Assembly: GCA_033764955.1 (NCBI GenBank)
Contig: JANRIL010000005.1
Location: 64,001 to 128,000 of the forward strand
Source of the DNA: Cyanobacteriota bacterium
GTDB taxonomy: Bacteria > Cyanobacteriota > Cyanobacteriia > Thermostichales > Thermostichaceae
DNA length: 64,000 nucleotides
Direction: 5' to 3'
In this document: piece by piece, positions 40,585 to 50,737 of the stretch
Position numbering within the stretch: the stretch's first letter is position 1
How the letters are laid out: each line of letters begins with the position of its first letter
Notes under the pieces: model-generated
Seen by the model: only the letters and a program-made list of their open reading frames with translations
What the model was told of the DNA's origin: nothing
The model's database searches: none
Made by a program: the position numbers and the translations under genes

Positions 40585-41376
40585 ATGATGAACAGTACCT
40601 CTGTTTTGGTTAATTCACAAACTGAACCTCTGATTCGGGTTGAGGGATTATGCAAGTCATTTGCTGGACAACCTCTCTATGACAATTTCAACCTGGATTT
40701 ACCCAAAGGAGAATTTATCTCGATCTTTGGTCCAAATGGTTGTGGAAAATCTACGCTGATCAATATGATGAGCGGCTTGATCCCAATTGACTATGGGCGG
40801 ATCTTAATTGGTGGAAAACCTATCAAACAAGCTCGGATCGGTTATGTTTTTCAAAACTACCGCGATTCTCTATTTCCGTGGCAAAGTGCGTTAGATAACA
40901 TTGCCTATCCTCTCAAGGTAAAGGGAGTTTCTCAGCAAGAATGTACGGAACGAGTCGAACGGTTAATTCAAGCCTTTGATATCAAGTTAGATCTGAAGCG
41001 ATATCCCTATACATTTTCAGGAGGACAACAGCAGTTAGTATCGATACTGCGAGCTTTAGTTGCGGATCCCGAAGTTCTATTCTTGGATGAACCCTTCTCA
41101 GCTCTCGACTTTGAGACAACTCTCTATGTGCGGGAAAAACTACAACAAATCTTCCAAGAATCTGCCCTGACTATGGTGATGGTGGTGCATAACTTAGAAG
41201 AAGCTGTTTATCTGGCTGATCGCATTTTATTGCTGAGCAAACGACCTACCCATCTGGTGGAGGCTGTTCCTTTTACGGTTGCCCGCCCCCGTACCCCTGA
41301 CACCTTATCTTCTTCCGAATTTATTCGCGTGAGTAGTCATTGTTTAGATGTTTTTCGCCAGGAGATGCGTAAATGA
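40585..41376 (+). CDS. NitT/TauT-family ABC ATP-binding protein
   Basis: GPNGCGKST, FSGGQQQ, LFLDEPFSALD, H-loop. Confidence 0.93.
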   Translation: MMNSTSVLVNSQTEPLIRVEGLCKSFAGQPLYDNFNLDLPKGEFISIFGPNGCGKSTLINMMSGLIPIDYGRILIGGKPIKQARIGYVFQNYRDSLFPWQSALDNIAYPLKVKGVSQQECTERVERLIQAFDIKLDLKRYPYTFSGGQQQLVSILRALVADPEVLFLDEPFSALDFETTLYVREKLQQIFQESALTMVMVVHNLEEAVYLADRILLLSKRPTHLVEAVPFTVARPRTPDTLSSSEFIRVSSHCLDVFRQEMRK

Positions 41377-42182
41377 TCAGCCCTTCGTTGCCGATGCAAA
41401 GTCGCGCCCTGCGTATTGCTAAACTAAACCAATGGATTGATCGGTTGTTACCACTGATTGGAGTGGCACTCCTATTTATTTTGTGGTGGATAGCTTCACA
41501 GTCTGGCTGGGTAAATCCGGTCTTATTGCCCACCCCTTTGGCCACTATTCAAGAATTGATCAAAATAGCCGTACAGGGATCCCTTTTTTCTGACTTTTCT
41601 GCTACTGTGATGAGAACCTTTCAAGCGTTCTTGATTGCGGCTATTATTGGAGTCCCCCTGGGGGTGGCCATGGGTAGCTCGGAGCGAGTTTATCGCAGCT
41701 TTGAGTTTCTGATTGATTTTTTTCGATCTACTCCCGCTAGTGCGCTGATCCCAATGTTCATTTTGTTCTTTGGAATCAGTGATCTCAACAAGATTGCTAT
41801 TGCGGCATTTAGTGCCTTACTGTTGATCCTGTTTAATAGTGCTTATGGAGTGATCAATGCCAAGCGATCACGAATTTTAGCAGCAAAAGTGATGGGAGCT
41901 AACAAGTTTCAGGTTTTCAAAGATGTCCTTCTGTGGGAAAGTTTGCCACAAACCTTTATTGGTTTGAGAAGTGGTATTAGTATAGCCTTGGTGATTGTGA
42001 TTGTGGCGGAAATGTTTATTGGCACTGAGTACGGCCTAGGAAAGCGTATCATTGATGCTCAGCAAGTTTTGAATGTCAAAGATATGTATGCCTCAATACT
42101 AATCACAGGTATTTTAGGCTATGTCCTTAATGTTGTCTTTTTGGTGGCCGAAAAGCGATTTGTTCATTGGAGCGGTAAGTAG
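41373..42182 (+). CDS. NitT/TauT-family ABC permease
   Basis: LLPTP, AAKVMGA (EAA-like loop), IVAEM, GLG. Confidence 0.92.
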   Translation: MISPSLPMQSRALRIAKLNQWIDRLLPLIGVALLFILWWIASQSGWVNPVLLPTPLATIQELIKIAVQGSLFSDFSATVMRTFQAFLIAAIIGVPLGVAMGSSERVYRSFEFLIDFFRSTPASALIPMFILFFGISDLNKIAIAAFSALLLILFNSAYGVINAKRSRILAAKVMGANKFQVFKDVLLWESLPQTFIGLRSGISIALVIVIVAEMFIGTEYGLGKRIIDAQQVLNVKDMYASILITGILGYVLNVVFLVAEKRFVHWSGK

Positions 42183-42192
42183 GTTTATCCCT

Positions 42193-42588
42193 ATGGAATC
42201 TGTACAGTTTGCGGTTAATGGTACACTGATGCGGGGATTGGCTCTCAACGAAAATTTGCATTCTGTTGGAGCAACTTTTTTGCATGAGTCGGTAACAGCA
42301 TCAATGTATCGAATTTGGTCAATTGATGATGTTCATCCTGCTATGCTGCGTGTTAAGCAAGGGGGGGCAGCGATTGCAGTAGAAGTATGGGATGTCCCTC
42401 TGATTGGTTTAGGAAAAATTCTGCTAAAAGAGCCACCTGGTCTCTGTATTGGCAAAGTTTTTCTATCTGATGGGAAGCAGGTTTTGGGTGTTTTGGGTGA
42501 GCCTATTTTGTGTGATGGCCAGCAGGACATCACAGAATGGGGAGGATGGCGAGCCTATACGGAATCTCACTCTCTGCAAATGGCCTAA
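42193..42588 (+). CDS. Allophanate hydrolase C-terminal-like (gamma-glutamylcyclotransferase fold) protein
   Basis: AVNGTLMRGLALN, HPAMLR, IAVEVWDVP, EPPGLCIGKV.LSDG..VLG, DIT.WGGWRAY. Confidence 0.8.
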   Translation: MESVQFAVNGTLMRGLALNENLHSVGATFLHESVTASMYRIWSIDDVHPAMLRVKQGGAAIAVEVWDVPLIGLGKILLKEPPGLCIGKVFLSDGKQVLGVLGEPILCDGQQDITEWGGWRAYTESHSLQMA

Positions 42589-42797
42589 GGTTATGTAAAA
42601 TCTAGGCAAAAATCATCTGTTGAGAGCTTCCGCCGAGGGAGAAATGCCTACGAAAAGACTTTGAGATTATGATCAGATTCCGGCAACAAACTTCTGAGGA
42701 AATCGTCAATTCTTACTAAGGTTAGTGTTTCTACCTTCCCCCCTTTGTATCTGTCTTAATCCACTTGTTTCTTTTTTCATAAGGATGGTTACCCACT

Positions 42798-43952
42798 ATG
42801 TCTCAACGTCCTTTTCTGAAGTTAACTCGCCGTCAATGGATCCAAAGCGCTGCCGCTGCTACTACCTTGACCCTAACTTCTCAGGTTTGGAAATTTAATA
42901 CGGCTCAAGCTCAAGATAAGTTGGTGATTGGATTTATCTATGTCGGTCCTAAAGATGACTTTGGCTACAATCAGGCTCATTTTGAGGGGAAAGAAGGTAT
43001 TTCTAAACTCGAAGGGGTAGAGACGGTTGATGAAGCCAATGTGCCAGAAACTACGGCGGTTGAAGAATCCATGCGAGCCATGATTGAGCAGGATGGAGCA
43101 ACGGTTTTATTCCCAACTTCCTTCGGATATTTTGACCCCCACATCCTCAAACTGGCGGAAGAATATCCCGAAGTTCAATTCTTTCACTGTGGTGGACTCT
43201 ATCAAGAAGGAACGCATCCCAAAAATGTAGGCAGTTATTATGGTTATATTGACGAGGCTCAGTATATTGCTGGAATCGTAGCTGCTTCCACCAGCAAAAC
43301 AGGCAAATTAGGCTTTATTGGAGCCAAACCGATTCCACAGGTTGTTCGCAATATCAATAGCTTTACTTTGGGCGCTCAAAGTGTAAAGCCAGATATTACC
43401 ACTCAACTCATTTTTACGGGAGATTGGGCACTACCTGTCAAAGAAGCAGAAGCTGCCAATAGTATGGCGGATCAAGGGATTGATGTGATCACCTGCCATG
43501 TGGATAGTCCAAAAATTGTTATGGAAACCGCCGAAAAACGCGGGATTTTCTGTAGTGGCTACCACGCAGATCAGGTGAAATTGGCTCCTAAGGGCTACTT
43601 AACCGGAGCCGAATGGGACTGGACAAGTGTTTATACCAACTACACCAAAGAGATCCAAGCAGGCAAAACCCTGATGAATGGTGGGATCCCCCATTTGGTG
43701 CGGGGTGGATTAAAGGATGGCTTCTGTAAACTTTCTGCCTATGGGCCGGCTGTAGGAGAAGAGGGCAAGAAAGCTGCCGATGCGGCTAAGGCCAAATTTA
43801 TGGATGACACCATGATCATTTATAAAGGTGAATTGAAGGATAACACTGGAAAAGTGGTGATTCCGGCGGGAACAGAATTGCCTCAAAAAGCTCCTGAATT
43901 GGAGTCGATGGGTTGGTTGGTGGCCGGCGTTTTGGGCAGTACCCAAAGCTAG
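42798..43952 (+). CDS. BMP-family ABC substrate-binding protein, Tat signal
   Basis: TRRQWI; GFIYVGPKDDFGYNQAH, TSFGY, SKTGKLGFIGA. Confidence 0.9.
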   Translation: MSQRPFLKLTRRQWIQSAAAATTLTLTSQVWKFNTAQAQDKLVIGFIYVGPKDDFGYNQAHFEGKEGISKLEGVETVDEANVPETTAVEESMRAMIEQDGATVLFPTSFGYFDPHILKLAEEYPEVQFFHCGGLYQEGTHPKNVGSYYGYIDEAQYIAGIVAASTSKTGKLGFIGAKPIPQVVRNINSFTLGAQSVKPDITTQLIFTGDWALPVKEAEAANSMADQGIDVITCHVDSPKIVMETAEKRGIFCSGYHADQVKLAPKGYLTGAEWDWTSVYTNYTKEIQAGKTLMNGGIPHLVRGGLKDGFCKLSAYGPAVGEEGKKAADAAKAKFMDDTMIIYKGELKDNTGKVVIPAGTELPQKAPELESMGWLVAGVLGSTQS

Positions 43953-44073
43953 GGATCCCCTACCCAATTTGACCATTCATCTATAGGGGCAGCCTGCTCT
44001 AGATAGGCAACCATAGGGAAACCAGGTTCGCCCCTTCCTCTCTCCTTCTCAGTAGTCTTTTATAGGGAAATTC

Positions 44074-45162
44074 ATGACGCTATCCGCCACCTTTAGCCCG
44101 CCTGGAATCCGATGGCGTTCTACCCTGGAACCCATTCTTCTGCCTCTGGGATCCCTGATTATTTCCCTGATTATTTTTGGGGTTTTTTGTGGGGCAGCAG
44201 GAGCTAATCCTTTTGAGGTTTATGGGTCGATTTATCAAGCTGCCTTTGGTAGTTGGAGTTCTCTACAAAATACTCTAGTTCGGGCAGCTCCCCTCATGTT
44301 GGCCTCCCTTTGTACGATCTTGCCTGCTCGTTTGGGCTTGATTGTTATTGGGAATGAAGGTGCCATTGTGATTGGTGGATTAGCTGCTATTGCGATCGGG
44401 TTGGCCTTTGATTCTGCTCCCCCTCCGGTTGTGGTCTTGTTGATGGCCTTGGCTGGCATGATAGGCGGGGGAGTCTGGATTATGATTGTGGGCGCTCTGC
44501 GTCATTATCGAGGCGTGAATGAAACGATCAGTAGTCTGCTGATGAACTACATTGCCATTGCCTTGCTTAATCATTTGGTGGGTGGTCCCATGCGGGATCC
44601 CTCCAGCCTCAATAAGCCTTCTACCTTCCCGATTGCGGAAGCCAATATGCTAGGGACACTGCCAGATACCCGTGTGCATTTTGGTCTGCTCTACGGAATT
44701 ATTGCTTGCCTAATTGGCTATTTCTTGATTCAACGCACAACCTTTGGGTTCTCTGTCCGCACGATTGGTGGCAATCCACGGGTGGCCAGAATTGCCGGAA
44801 TCGCTGTTGCCAAATTGAGCTTAATCATTTGTTTTTTGGCCGGTTCCTGTGCTGGTTTAGCCGGCATGGTGGAGGTAGCGGCTGTTCACGGACGAGCCAA
44901 TGAATCCTTAAACGCCAACTATGGCTACAGCAGTATTTTGGTAGCTTTTATTGCTCGACAAAATCCAGCCGCTGCTATTCTCATGTCAATTCTCTTAGGC
45001 GGTATTTTAGCCAGTGGAGGTATTCTGCAACGACGGCACGATTTACCGGATGCTACTGTCTTAGTCTTTCAGGGTATTGTCTTTTTGGTGATTCTATTTA
45101 GTGAGTCCCTATATGGACGTTTTGAGTTCTTTCGAGATCGAGATGGAGCCAGTGCTAGTTGA
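44074..45162 (+). CDS. ABC permease (nucleoside/sugar-type) 1
   Basis: IGNEG, GVNETISSLLMNY, GGNP..A..AGI, LAGMVEV. Confidence 0.9.
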   Translation: MTLSATFSPPGIRWRSTLEPILLPLGSLIISLIIFGVFCGAAGANPFEVYGSIYQAAFGSWSSLQNTLVRAAPLMLASLCTILPARLGLIVIGNEGAIVIGGLAAIAIGLAFDSAPPPVVVLLMALAGMIGGGVWIMIVGALRHYRGVNETISSLLMNYIAIALLNHLVGGPMRDPSSLNKPSTFPIAEANMLGTLPDTRVHFGLLYGIIACLIGYFLIQRTTFGFSVRTIGGNPRVARIAGIAVAKLSLIICFLAGSCAGLAGMVEVAAVHGRANESLNANYGYSSILVAFIARQNPAAAILMSILLGGILASGGILQRRHDLPDATVLVFQGIVFLVILFSESLYGRFEFFRDRDGASAS

Positions 45163-45307
45163 TTGATAAATTCTGGTTGATCGGTACGCACGATGGGCAA
45201 AAAACATCCAGGATATATCCATTCTTCACTGACTTGGCTGTTTTAGTTTTCATACATCTAAGCATTGTTAGTTTTTGTCTATTTTGTAGAGATTAAAAGG
45301 GGTTGAT

Positions 45308-46255
45308 ATGGCTACAGAAGGATTGGGTTGGTGGGGAGTTCCCTTGGCAGTTGTGGCGGGGACTTTGCGCGGCAGCGCCCCCTTTTTGTTTGTCAGTCTA
45401 GGGGAATGTCTAACGGAAAAAAGCGGCAAGATCAACCTGGGATTGGAGGGCACGCTTCTGCTGGGAGCCATGACAGCCTATGCCACTTCCTATCTGACCC
45501 AAGACACGGTGGGATCCTTGATTGCCCCCTGGCTGGGTGTGGTGGCGGCGGGGGTGGCGGGCATGATTTTGGGGGCGATCCATGCTTTTCTCTCCCAACA
45601 ACCCAAAGTCAATGATGTGGCGGTGGGGATCGCCATGATCATTTTTGGGAGTGGTCTGGCTTTTTATTTTGGCAAACCCTTCATTCAACCTGTGGCCGCT
45701 CAATTGCCTGCTTTTGAGTTTGGCAACTGGAGTGATAACCCTGTTTTGCAGGCAGCACTCAAGGTCAGCCCGCTTTTTGTTTTGGGGATCCTTCTGGCCT
45801 TTGCCATGAATCGGTTTTTCAAAAGCTTTCGCTGGGGGCTTTATGTACGAGCGGTGGGAGATAGTCCAGAAGCCGCCCGTGCGATGGGGATCTCTGTGCC
45901 CTGGGTGAGAACCTGTGCCATTATGGCGGGCAGTTTTTTGGCGGGCATTGGTGGCGCTTACCTTTCCCTCTACTATCCCGGCAGTTGGACGGAGCGCATC
46001 TCCAGTGGACAGGGATTGATGGCGGTAGCCCTAGTGATTTTTGCCAAATGGGATCCCATTCAATGTCTGTATGCCGCCCTCTTGTTTGGGGGCGCTCAGG
46101 CAATTGGCCCTGCTTTGCAATCGGTGGGGGTACAGTCCAACTACTATCTCTGGAACGCGGCTCCCTATGTCTTGACGCTGGCGATCATGATCATCACCAG
46201 TTCCCCTGTCCGCACCTTGGCGGGGATGCCGGGAGCCTTGGGCACAGGCAAATAA
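45308..46255 (+). CDS. ABC permease (nucleoside/sugar-type) 2
   Basis: GECLTEKSGKINLGLEG, VGDSPEAARAMG, GQGLMAVALVIFAKW. Confidence 0.9.
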   Translation: MATEGLGWWGVPLAVVAGTLRGSAPFLFVSLGECLTEKSGKINLGLEGTLLLGAMTAYATSYLTQDTVGSLIAPWLGVVAAGVAGMILGAIHAFLSQQPKVNDVAVGIAMIIFGSGLAFYFGKPFIQPVAAQLPAFEFGNWSDNPVLQAALKVSPLFVLGILLAFAMNRFFKSFRWGLYVRAVGDSPEAARAMGISVPWVRTCAIMAGSFLAGIGGAYLSLYYPGSWTERISSGQGLMAVALVIFAKWDPIQCLYAALLFGGAQAIGPALQSVGVQSNYYLWNAAPYVLTLAIMIITSSPVRTLAGMPGALGTGK

Positions 46256-46388
46256 ATTCCCTCGTAGCATGGCAGATTCTCTATGTTTTTTTGATTTTGT
46301 ACAAAGTTTTTTGACAATCGTCTGCTACGGAACAGTCATGCAAGCACGGAAAGGACTAAAAGCAGGCAATAGCGATGGAGGCTGACTG

Positions 46389-47411
46389 ATGAGTGGACTG
46401 GGTGGACTGAATAAATCTCCCAACGGTGTCGTTCTCGGCATGGTGCAGTTGCAACTACCCCAAGTGGCAACCCCCGACGAGTTGAACCAACAAACCGAGC
46501 GGATCTGTCAGATGGTGGGGAAAGCACGCCGCAACATGCCCTCCCTAGATTTAGTGGTGTTTCCCGAATACGCTTTGCATGGGCTATCGATGGATACCAA
46601 CCCTGAGATAATGTGTCGCCTGGATGGACCAGAGGTGGCAGCCTTTAGCCAAGCCTGTCGAGAACACCAGATTTGGGGATGCTTTAGCCTGATGGAGTTT
46701 AACCCCCACGGTAATCCCTACAACAGTGGCATTATCTTGGATGAGCAGGGAGAACTCAAACTTTATTACCGCAAGCTACACCCCTGGGTTCCGGTTGAAC
46801 CGTGGGAACCCGGCAACATCGGGATCCCTGTCTGTGAGGGTCCCAATGGATCCACGCTGGCTCTGATTATTTGTCACGATGGCATGTTTCCCGAAATGGC
46901 TAGGGAATGCGCCTACAAAGGGGCAGAAATTATGATTCGCACAGCCGGCTATACGGCTCCCATTCGCCATGCCTGGCGGATTACCAACCAAGCCAATGCG
47001 TTTTGTAATCTCATGGTGACAGCTTCCGTCTGTATGTGTGGCAGCGATGGCACGTTTGACTCAATGGGCGAGGCCATGATCTGCCATTTTGACGGCACTC
47101 CCCTGGTAATGGGATCCCATCGCCCGGATGAAATCATTACGGGGGAAGTGCGACCCGATTTGGTACGGGAGGCTCGCATTCACTGGGGAGTAGAAAATAA
47201 CATTTATCAACTGGGACATCGGGGCTATGTTGCCGTTCAGGGAGGGGCACAGGATTGCCCCTATACCTATATGCAGGATCTCGTGAATGGCACCTACCAT
47301 CTGCCCTGGGATGAGCAAGTGATTCACAAAGATGGCACGGCTTGCGGGTTTCCCGCTCCTACCCGTACCTATAGTCCAGCCATGCCCGAAAGAGTTTCTC
47401 TCTCCTCCTAG
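46389..47411 (+). CDS. Formamidase-like nitrilase-superfamily amidase (AmiF-type)
   Basis: [10 protein letters not shown] start; E-K-C triad in [17 protein letters not shown] and ICHDGMFPE. Confidence 0.88.
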   Translation: MSGLGGLNKSPNGVVLGMVQLQLPQVATPDELNQQTERICQMVGKARRNMPSLDLVVFPEYALHGLSMDTNPEIMCRLDGPEVAAFSQACREHQIWGCFSLMEFNPHGNPYNSGIILDEQGELKLYYRKLHPWVPVEPWEPGNIGIPVCEGPNGSTLALIICHDGMFPEMARECAYKGAEIMIRTAGYTAPIRHAWRITNQANAFCNLMVTASVCMCGSDGTFDSMGEAMICHFDGTPLVMGSHRPDEIITGEVRPDLVREARIHWGVENNIYQLGHRGYVAVQGGAQDCPYTYMQDLVNGTYHLPWDEQVIHKDGTACGFPAPTRTYSPAMPERVSLSS

Positions 47412-47449
47412 CCCCCATCTCCCTATTAGCCCTTCATCACTCAGCCATT

Positions 47450-48139
47450 ATGGGATCCCGAACCGTTGACTCTACCCCTTATCCCTATCCCTACAATGGG
47501 GATCTGCGGCCTGATAATTCGGCCCTGGTGATTATTGATATGCAGACAGATTTTTGTGGGGAGGGTGGGTATGTAGACAAAATGGGTTACGACCTATCCT
47601 TAACTCGTGCTCCCATCCAACCCATTCAAAAAGTTCTATCTGTCTTTCGCTCCAAAGGATTTTGGATCATTCATACCCGTGAAGGGCATCGGCCTGATCT
47701 ATCGGATTTACCTGCCAATAAACGCTGGCGCAGTCAACAAATTGGGGCGGGCATCGGAGATCCTGGCCCCTGTGGCAAGATCCTAGTGCGCGGAGAACCC
47801 GGTTGGGAAATTATTCCTGAACTGGCTCCTTTGCCAGGAGAAATTATTATTGATAAGCCTGGTAAGGGATCCTTTTATGCCACCGATTTAGACTTGATTT
47901 TGCTCCGCAATCGCATCCAGAACCTAATTTTGACAGGTATTACTACCGATGTTTGTGTGCATACGACTATGCGAGAAGCCAATGATCGGGGTTATGAATG
48001 TCTATTGCTCTCCGATTGTACGGGGGCAACCGATTACAACAATTATCTAGCCGCTCTCAGTATGATCAAAATGCAGGGGGGAGTTTTTGGTACTGTGGGA
48101 TCATCGGATGCTTTACTAGAAGTAATTGATTCAATGTGA
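47450..48139 (+). CDS. biuH: Biuret hydrolase-like cysteine hydrolase
   Basis: [48 protein letters not shown] (BiuH-type residue pattern). Confidence 0.85.
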   Translation: MGSRTVDSTPYPYPYNGDLRPDNSALVIIDMQTDFCGEGGYVDKMGYDLSLTRAPIQPIQKVLSVFRSKGFWIIHTREGHRPDLSDLPANKRWRSQQIGAGIGDPGPCGKILVRGEPGWEIIPELAPLPGEIIIDKPGKGSFYATDLDLILLRNRIQNLILTGITTDVCVHTTMREANDRGYECLLLSDCTGATDYNNYLAALSMIKMQGGVFGTVGSSDALLEVIDSM

Positions 48140-48304
48140 ATAATAATCGAAACGTTTCATTCACATCATTGTTTCGCATAGTTTCACATAACTGTATTGA
48201 CATAGATTATCCCCCCATTTCATCACAGTACATTCTATACTCTCGCAATTTTCTCAACATCAAATCTCGATCCACCAGAAACTACTTTTTAGGGAGCCTC
48301 CATC

Positions 48305-49852
48305 ATGACATCCGTAATTGCAGAGCGCCAAACTGAACTGGTTAAGCCACCCGAACTACAGGTGGTCAATATGACGAAGCAGTTTGGCTCACTAGTCGCA
48401 CTCGATCATGTCTCCCTCCACCTCAAACCTGGCAGTTTTCATGCTCTTTTGGGAGAAAATGGAGCCGGCAAAAGTACCCTTGTTAAGTGCGTGATGGGTT
48501 TTTATACGCCAACATCGGGAGAGGTTTTGATCAACCACGAACCAAGTACTATTCACAGCCCACGAGATGCCCATAAGTTTGGTATTGGCATGGTCTATCA
48601 GCACTTTACCTCAGTGCCAGCCATGACGGTTGCCGAAAACTTAATCCTCTCTAGTTTTGAAAGTCCTAGCATCATTAACTGGAAGAAAGAACTGGAGTCG
48701 TTGGATGCTTTTATGCAAACTGCCCCTTTCCAACTTCCCCTTAATACCCCCATTGCTCAATTAGCGGCGGGACAAAAGCAGAAACTAGAAATTCTCAAGC
48801 AGCTTTATCTCAAAAATCGCATTTTGATCTTGGATGAACCAACTTCTGTTCTAACTCCGGGGGAAGCTGATGAAATTTTGGGGTTGCTGCGAGCAGAAGT
48901 TAATGCAGAACGACTGAGTGTGTTGATGATCAGTCATAAATTTCGAGAAATTACAGCCTTTGTGGATGAAGTAACTGTTTTACGCAAAGGGAAATTTGCT
49001 GGGCATGGATTGGTGAAAGATTTAACGGTAGCGGATATGGCCGCCATGATGTTAGGAGAGCAGCGAGAGGCCAAATCAGTTCAAAAAACTCAGACCGCAG
49101 AGAAGAAACCTATTCTAGAAATCAAGAATATTCATGCCAACAAAGATAACGGATTAGAGGCCGTGGGGGGAGTAAATCTGGCTATCAACAGCGGAGAAAT
49201 TGTTGGTATCGCTGGAGTCAGTGGCAACGGTCAGCGTGAATTAGTGGAAGTCTTAGCTGGACAGCGCCCCGCCACACAGGGTGAAATTCTTGTCAACGGA
49301 AAACCGTATACAGCAACTCGGGCAGAAATGTATGAACATCAAATCTTTGTTCTGCCGGAAGAACCCCTACGAAATGCCTGTGTTCCCTACATGAGTGTGG
49401 CAGAAAATATGGCCTTGCGAACCTTTGATCGTCCCCCGCAAGCACAGGCAGGAATCCTCCTCATTTTGTCAGCTATCCGGCAAATGGCTCAAGGGTTAAT
49501 TACCCAATTTAAGGTAAAAACTCCCTCAGCGGAGACCCCGATTGGCAACTTATCAGGTGGAAATGTCCAGCGTGCCGTCTTAGCCAGAGAGTTATCCTCC
49601 GAAAATATTAAACTGCTCATTGCCGCCAACCCTTGTTTTGGTCTCGATTTTGCAGCCGTGGACTATATTCATGGACAAATTGTTGAAGCTAGAAATCGAG
49701 GTGTTGCGGTTCTTTTGGTCAGCGAAGACTTAGACGAACTGCTGGCTTTAGTAGATAGAATTGTTGTCATTAGTGAAGGTCACTTTGTTTATGAAAGCCC
49801 CATTGAAAGGGTAGAGTTTGCCACAATCGGTCAAAAGATGGCTGGTCACTAA
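48305..49852 (+). CDS. ABC ATP-binding protein, two nucleotide-binding domains (nucleoside/sugar-type)
   Basis: GENGAGKST, ILDEPTSVLT, LSGGNVQR, SEDLDEL. Confidence 0.93.
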   Translation: MTSVIAERQTELVKPPELQVVNMTKQFGSLVALDHVSLHLKPGSFHALLGENGAGKSTLVKCVMGFYTPTSGEVLINHEPSTIHSPRDAHKFGIGMVYQHFTSVPAMTVAENLILSSFESPSIINWKKELESLDAFMQTAPFQLPLNTPIAQLAAGQKQKLEILKQLYLKNRILILDEPTSVLTPGEADEILGLLRAEVNAERLSVLMISHKFREITAFVDEVTVLRKGKFAGHGLVKDLTVADMAAMMLGEQREAKSVQKTQTAEKKPILEIKNIHANKDNGLEAVGGVNLAINSGEIVGIAGVSGNGQRELVEVLAGQRPATQGEILVNGKPYTATRAEMYEHQIFVLPEEPLRNACVPYMSVAENMALRTFDRPPQAQAGILLILSAIRQMAQGLITQFKVKTPSAETPIGNLSGGNVQRAVLARELSSENIKLLIAANPCFGLDFAAVDYIHGQIVEARNRGVAVLLVSEDLDELLALVDRIVVISEGHFVYESPIERVEFATIGQKMAGH

Positions 49853-49984
49853 TCTATCGTTTGTGAGCTTATCGGCTTAGCTTTTAGCTATCACTCAACC
49901 CATCCATCCTTTTGTCAGTTTTCTTATTCCTGTTGGTAGTCAGACTAGCCTTATCCATCCCTTATATTGTTGTCGGAACTCCCT

Positions 49985-50671
49985 ATGATCACCATTTCTG
50001 CTCAACCCTACGACTATGTTGTTCCCCACCCCAGTCAAGTAGCCTTGGTCATTATTGACATGCAACGGGATTTTTTGGAGCCAGGGGGGTTTGGGGAGAG
50101 CCTGGGAAATGATATTAGTCAGGTTCGCTCGATTGTTCCTACTTTACAAACCCTATTAGAAACATTTCGTGCTTTGAAACTGACGGTTGTACACACATTG
50201 GAATGTCATCAACCCGATCTTGCCGACTGTCCTCCCGCCAAGCTTTCTAGGGGCAAGGGATCCCTCAAGATTGGCGATGTTGGTCCGATGGGTCGCATTT
50301 TAATTATGGGGGAACCCGGTAATGGGATTATTCCTGAACTATCTCCGATCTCTGGTGAAATCGTCATTCCTAAGCCAGGTAAGGGAGCTTTTTATCACAC
50401 TGAATTGGGATCCCTGTTGGCGGAGCGAGGCATCACCCATCTCTTATTTACTGGAGTCACGACGGAGGTGTGTGTCCAGACTTCTATGCGGGAAGCTAAT
50501 GATCGGGGGTATGAATGTTTACTGATCGAAGATGCCACAGCCAGCTATTTTCCTGCTTTCAAACAAGCCACCTTAGAAATGGTTTCCTCCCAGGGGGGAG
50601 TGGTGGGTTGGGTTAGTTCTGCCTCGTCTGTCATCACAGGCTTACAAGCTGCTTTACAACCAGCTGGCTGA
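49985..50671 (+). CDS. trtA: Triuret hydrolase-like cysteine hydrolase
   Basis: [43 protein letters not shown] (F/L/E/Y pattern versus Y/M/D/T in the BiuH-like paralog). Confidence 0.72.
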   Translation: MITISAQPYDYVVPHPSQVALVIIDMQRDFLEPGGFGESLGNDISQVRSIVPTLQTLLETFRALKLTVVHTLECHQPDLADCPPAKLSRGKGSLKIGDVGPMGRILIMGEPGNGIIPELSPISGEIVIPKPGKGAFYHTELGSLLAERGITHLLFTGVTTEVCVQTSMREANDRGYECLLIEDATASYFPAFKQATLEMVSSQGGVVGWVSSASSVITGLQAALQPAG

Positions 50672-50737
50672 GAGAAAAGGCCGTAAAATTCTACCTAAAA
50701 TCTTAATTATGTGGACATCCATCCAGGCTTAACAGGG

